Below are positions 27,823 through 32,000 of a stretch of 32,000 bases of DNA, piece after piece. The stretch covers positions 59,449 through 91,448 of the forward strand of contig JBHLMI010000001.1 of the NCBI GenBank assembly GCA_048938295.1, given 5' to 3'. Source of the stretch: Promethearchaeota archaeon. Its GTDB lineage: Archaea > Asgardarchaeota > Hermodarchaeia > Hermodarchaeales > Hermodarchaeaceae. The number at the start of each line of letters is the position of its first letter. Position 1 is the first letter of the stretch. The notes under the pieces are model-generated. The model was not told where the DNA came from. It saw only the letters and a program-made list of their open reading frames with translations, and did not search any database. A program made the translations under genes and the position numbers.

Positions 27823-28986
27823 CTAAGGGATGATGGCGACCACCCAGTCCATGATGAAGGGCCAGGCTAACAGGATACCTACCATGAGGAGGCTTATAGG
27901 GATGACCCATTTCCAACTGCCCAGGGCGATTTGGTCGATACGCCAGCGGGACATGAGGGCTTTCATGTTGGACAGGATTAGGACGATGATGGTGGTTTTA
28001 ACGATGAACCAGAAGGCGTAGTAAATGGCGGCTAGAGCAGGATTCAGTAGGAAGGGCATGTTGGCTGCAACCCAGGTCATGTATTGGCCCGAGTTGATGG
28101 TGATGCCGTGGACAAAGCCACCATTAGCTAAGAAGACCATGAAGATTTCAGGGCCTAAGGGGCCTCCGAGGAAGACAGCGGTGCCCAGTGCTGCTGCGAG
28201 GAGGACTTCAAAGTTATTGGAGAGGCGGAAGAAGGCTAGCTTCTTACCGGAGTATTCGGTTTCCCAACCACCGACGATTTCGGTTTCAGCGACGGGGGCG
28301 TCGAAGGGTATCCGTTCAGTTTCAGCTTGTACAGCGATAATGAAGACAATGAAGAGCCCGATGAAGGCGGGGTTGACGATAAGGGGTAAGCCGAGGTTGG
28401 CTTGATAAACGACAACACCTGTCAGACTCATGTTGCCTGCCACCATTCCTGCTGCAAAGAGGGCGAGGAGCAAGGGTATTTCATAGGCGAGCATCTGCAC
28501 GATGCCTCGGATTGCTCCGGTGAATCCAAACCGGTTTGACGACGACCATCCGGCGATGAACAGCATTATGGTAAATATAGTACTGAAAAAGCCGATCATC
28601 AATAGATCTCCTTCAAAATACATAATCCCCGTCACAGTGAAGAACGGCGTTTGGGAAATAGCAATCGGCACCAGCATCAGCACCGAAATCGGAATCGCCA
28701 GGGCTAAAATCGGGGTCAACGTGAAGCCAATCTTATCCACTGCAGCAGGAGTAATATCCTCCTTGGCCATCAGCTTGACAAAGTCAGCTAAAGGCTGCAG
28801 GATGCCACGCCAGCCCGTGTGTAAGGGACCGATGCGGTGTTGTTGGTCAGCATAGAATTTACGGTCCACCCATTCCAGATAGAAGGCATAGCCCATCAGG
28901 AAGAGGAATCCAGGAAAGATCACAACCATCAATACGGTTACAATGGCACTCAATGGTGGGGGTAATAACACCTGCACATGGCGCAC
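27823..28986 (-). CDS. nuoH: NuoH-like membrane subunit (complex I / group 4 hydrogenase)
   Basis: WVDRK..A..Q.RIGP, GILQPLADFVKL..KE, QMLAYEIP, R.PFD...AE.E...G...EYSG and R.RIDQ....W; multiple TM helices. Confidence 0.9.
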   Translation of the reverse strand: MRHVQVLLPPPLSAIVTVLMVVIFPGFLFLMGYAFYLEWVDRKFYADQQHRIGPLHTGWRGILQPLADFVKLMAKEDITPAAVDKIGFTLTPILALAIPISVLMLVPIAISQTPFFTVTGIMYFEGDLLMIGFFSTIFTIMLFIAGWSSSNRFGFTGAIRGIVQMLAYEIPLLLALFAAGMVAGNMSLTGVVVYQANLGLPLIVNPAFIGLFIVFIIAVQAETERIPFDAPVAETEIVGGWETEYSGKKLAFFRLSNNFEVLLAAALGTAVFLGGPLGPEIFMVFLANGGFVHGITINSGQYMTWVAANMPFLLNPALAAIYYAFWFIVKTTIIVLILSNMKALMSRWRIDQIALGSWKWVIPISLLMVGILLAWPFIMDWVVAIIP

Positions 28987-29089
28987 TCTCCAGTGAGTCT
29001 CCTTTATGATTCGCTTCTTCTAAAAAAGCCTTCTACTACCACAAAGTTTTCACTAAAAATCCAAAGGATGATGGATAACTAGTTAGTTT

Positions 29090-29956
29090 TTAGAACCAAC
29101 TATCCTTTTGGATTGTATGCTGGTCAGCTCCTCGGTCCGATTCTTCGACATCCTTCCACCATTGTTTCTTTGTGCCCTTTTTTGCTCGTTTTTCCCAGAC
29201 TTTCGTTTTTGGAGTGTCATCAATAGTTTTGAGTAATTCTTCGACACGCGCGATAACAAGATTGCATTCGGTTCGGTCAACTAGTCCTTCATCACAGTAT
29301 TTGTTGACAAATTCGATGACTTTTCTCAAATTCCCCGTTGCATCATACCAAAATCCCCAATCGTTACAGAGTATTTCAGCAATGTAAACTCCATTGATGG
29401 TTTTTGGGTCTTTATCCGAGCTTCCTACCTCATGGCCTGCGAACAGTGTAATCAGATCTTTGATGTCTTTCTCATTGATGGCATGGATTTGAGTTTTTTC
29501 CAACACGAGGTCCGCTAGGGTAATTGTCGGTTTATCAATCAGTAGTCTATGAAAGTCTCCTTTTCGCGCAAATTCAATCGTATGGCTAAAATCTAAACAA
29601 TCGAGAAAGACGTCAACATGATAGGGCTTATGTGGGTGATAGTAGATGTAGCGATCTTTTGCTGCAAGTAGTGCATAGCGATCAACTTCAAAGCCTAATA
29701 CCTTTTCAAAGAATTTTTCGATCTCTCGGCGTTGACTTTTCGGGCCAATAAAATCGATGTCTGTGAAGCTCATCGCGCCCTCCCCAAGGCGATCAAGATT
29801 TTTATGCAGCTCTAGTCTGTGGGGAGTTTGCATTCTTATTGCCAATGCCCCTAGTATACGGAGTGTTAGACCGTTCTCCTCAGCTTGGTCCACGATACGA
29901 GTGCCTTCCTTTAAAAATTCTTTATCAGACATCGGGGCTTTCGGAGTTTCATTCAT
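29090..29956 (-). CDS. Uncharacterised protein with predicted nucleotidyltransferase-fold motifs
   Basis: LRILGALAI...FTDIDF...HVDVFLD pattern (G-x2-A, DxD, third D); conserved-looking EK.QIH.INEKD..D and CNDWGFW. Confidence 0.55.
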   Translation of the reverse strand: MNETPKAPMSDKEFLKEGTRIVDQAEENGLTLRILGALAIRMQTPHRLELHKNLDRLGEGAMSFTDIDFIGPKSQRREIEKFFEKVLGFEVDRYALLAAKDRYIYYHPHKPYHVDVFLDCLDFSHTIEFARKGDFHRLLIDKPTITLADLVLEKTQIHAINEKDIKDLITLFAGHEVGSSDKDPKTINGVYIAEILCNDWGFWYDATGNLRKVIEFVNKYCDEGLVDRTECNLVIARVEELLKTIDDTPKTKVWEKRAKKGTKKQWWKDVEESDRGADQHTIQKDSWF

Positions 29957-30013
29957 TGAAAACTAACATCCTACGATTGTGACGAATCAATATTCCTTCC
30001 TTTGATTTATATC

Positions 30014-31546
30014 CTAATGCTCATCCAACTCTGCGAGATTGTTAAAGATTGGTGAGAGCTGACGATATGCATTTTGAAAAATCGGAAACAACTTCGAATA
30101 GTGTTCATAGGCCTCTTGGTTACATTGAAGCTGTGTTTTGATGGGTATTACCTCTAATAATGAATCGAAACTCGGATAAATCCCCAAGGCAACTGCTGCA
30201 GTCAATGCTGCCCCAATCGAACCTGCATTTAGAGGTTCTTTCACCAAACGAATAGCTCGACCAGTTACATCCGAAATTATTTGCATCCAAAATTCGCTGA
30301 TGGCGCCTCCCCCTACTCCGCAGATGTTGTCGATGACGAACGGAGCAGTTTCTTCCACCGAGTCAAGAATCCATCGAATGTTGAATGCCACCCCTTCAAG
30401 GATAGCTCGAATTAGATGGCCCAGAGTGTGACCTAATTTGAGGCCCAAATATGTTCCTCGTGCGTTATGGTCGTTAAGGGGAGAACGTTCCCCAGACAAC
30501 CAAGGAGTGAAAAGCAGCTGGTCAGATCCTGGGGGAACACTGCTAGCCAGTTTATCCATTTTCACGTATGGAATACCTTCTGCATCAAGTGAATCTAGGT
30601 CGTTGCAAAGTGTATTACGTAACCACCGAAGGGCTGCACCTCCAGTTTCCATTTCGCCCATAAGGATGTTTTTATCGGGGTCTCCAGAACACATTGTTAA
30701 ATAGCGTTTATGAGGGTCAATTATTACCTCTTTTGTAGTGACTCCAATCCATGTCGCAGTTCCTATACAGACGTGGCTGTCACCATGCTGTACACTTCCC
30801 GACCCTATAGCCGCTACCGCCACATCACCTCCCGTCGCTATGACGGGGATGCCAGCAGGAACTCCAATCTGACGGGCGGCATCTTGTGTAATCTCTCCGA
30901 TGATATGTGTTGAGGGGTAGGGGGTTGGGAGTTTCTCGGGTGAAATATTGGTGATGTTACAAACACGTTCAGACCATCTATGCTCACGAATATCAAAGAG
31001 TCCATAAAGGGACGCGTTGCTCCAATCAGTGACAAAATTGCCGGTTAGTTTGAGTTCAAGAAAATCTTTGCAATCCAAGAACTTGTGTGTCTTGGCATAG
31101 ATTTTTGGTTCTTTTTCTTTTATCCAGAGAATTCGGCTTACGATGTCTTTTGCGGAGGGTGCCATTCCAAGGATAGGATAAATCTCGTCAGTATACTGTT
31201 GAAGCCAATCACCCTGTTTTGTTGCACGTAAATCAAGCCAACTAATTGAATTTCGTAAGGGTGTTCCTTTTTTGTCAACCGGCATTATGGTGATCATCTG
31301 CGCCGATGGAGCAATTGCGAGTATGTCATCAGGTGATTTTGCTTTTTGGGCCACAGCTTTAGTTGTAGCACAAAATGCCTGCCACCAATCTTTAGGATCT
31401 TGTTCCACCCAATGTGATTTGGGGTAAAGAAGTGAGTATTCTCTAAACTCAGATGCAAGGACATTTCCTCTAATATCAGAGAGCACAGCTTTATCGCCGC
31501 TCGTGCCAAAGTCATGCGCAATAATGTACCCGTCTTTGCTAACCAT
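30014..31546 (-). CDS. FGGY-family carbohydrate kinase (xylulokinase-like)
   Basis: AHDFGTSGDK, VEQDP.DWW, W.D.RA, TGGD, GTATW, FTPWLSGERSP, RAILEGVAF and GGGA.S.FW.QI.SD. Confidence 0.9.
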   Translation of the reverse strand: MVSKDGYIIAHDFGTSGDKAVLSDIRGNVLASEFREYSLLYPKSHWVEQDPKDWWQAFCATTKAVAQKAKSPDDILAIAPSAQMITIMPVDKKGTPLRNSISWLDLRATKQGDWLQQYTDEIYPILGMAPSAKDIVSRILWIKEKEPKIYAKTHKFLDCKDFLELKLTGNFVTDWSNASLYGLFDIREHRWSERVCNITNISPEKLPTPYPSTHIIGEITQDAARQIGVPAGIPVIATGGDVAVAAIGSGSVQHGDSHVCIGTATWIGVTTKEVIIDPHKRYLTMCSGDPDKNILMGEMETGGAALRWLRNTLCNDLDSLDAEGIPYVKMDKLASSVPPGSDQLLFTPWLSGERSPLNDHNARGTYLGLKLGHTLGHLIRAILEGVAFNIRWILDSVEETAPFVIDNICGVGGGAISEFWMQIISDVTGRAIRLVKEPLNAGSIGAALTAAVALGIYPSFDSLLEVIPIKTQLQCNQEAYEHYSKLFPIFQNAYRQLSPIFNNLAELDEH

Positions 31547-31575
31547 TATTTCTCCATCCCTAATAGCTTAGGGTC

Positions 31576-32000
31576 TTATGGTTTGAGTATATGTTTCATC
31601 GCCTCAACAAATCTCCGATTATTTTCTGGTGAACTAACTGTAATTCGGAAATATGCTCCACCTAATCGATGGCTAGACATATCTCGAGCAAAGATTCCCA
31701 TATCTAGTAATTTTTCAATTATCTCTGGTGTGTCATGACCAGTATCTCCAGCGTTGATTAAAACGAAATTTCCGCTGGAGGGGAAAGTCTGAACCCCTTG
31801 GATAGATTCTAGTTCATTTCGAATATAGTCAACACCGGCTCTATTTGCTTCAACCCTCTCGCGTAAATAGTTGGGGTCATCAAACGCTGCTTCTACTGCT
31901 CGCTGAATGGGCATAGCGATGTGAAATGGTTGTGCGACCCGACTGAAATACTCAATTACCTTTTCATCAGCAACAAGATATCCGATTCGTAATCCTGCGA
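31576..32000 (-). CDS. HisC/CobD-like class I/II PLP aminotransferase, 5' truncated
   Basis: The frame continues past 31914 to the window edge as AGLRIGY; also PS.GNFVLI and YFRITV...EEN. Confidence 0.85.
   Translation of the reverse strand, partial: AGLRIGYLVADEKVIEYFSRVAQPFHIAMPIQRAVEAAFDDPNYLRERVEANRAGVDYIRNELESIQGVQTFPSSGNFVLINAGDTGHDTPEIIEKLLDMGIFARDMSSHRLGGAYFRITVSSPENNRRFVEAMKHILKP

Noticed and set aside
27461-27826. Several overlapping plus-strand ORFs opposite nuoI
   Set aside because: GC-rich antisense shadows of the ferredoxin gene.
1-32000. CRISPR array, rRNA or tRNA genes
   Set aside because: No regularly spaced repeats, and no T-loop or cloverleaf signatures were seen in the intergenic gaps, the longest of which is ~265 bp.

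Overview
Gene-dense archaeal chromosomal window with about 30 CDSs. TBP, Cdc48, a Fae domain, Shine-Dalgarno and TATA-type signals, C-terminally anchored surface proteins and several eukaryote-like motifs suggest an Asgard-type archaeon (inferred, not verified). Left part: an M20 deacylase, citG, and an operon of a Cys-poor U32-like TIM barrel plus a DapA-family aldolase fused to formaldehyde-activating enzyme (Fae). Divergent from it is a long cluster: D-serine dehydratase/D-Thr aldolase-like enzyme, Nop2/RsmF methyltransferase, Nip7/PUA-like protein, RNase J-like nuclease, alpha-SNAP-like/Ig-fold protein, degenerate GlmU-like protein and a Lrp RAM domain. Middle: membrane and surface proteins, HemK, a coiled-coil/Pro-rich protein ending in an Ena/VASP-like motif, family-4 UDG and padR-cdc48-tbp. 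Right: M42 peptidase, GDPD, a solo tnpB element (IS200/IS605 type) with a rearranged RuvC-II site and a readable right end and guide, Mrp/Nbp35, a serine hydrolase, an isolated nuoH-nuoI-like pair, an NTase-fold protein, an FGGY kinase and a partial HisC-like gene. No rRNA, tRNA or CRISPR array was recognised. All family calls are from motif recognition, and reference sequences are quoted from memory; no searches were run.
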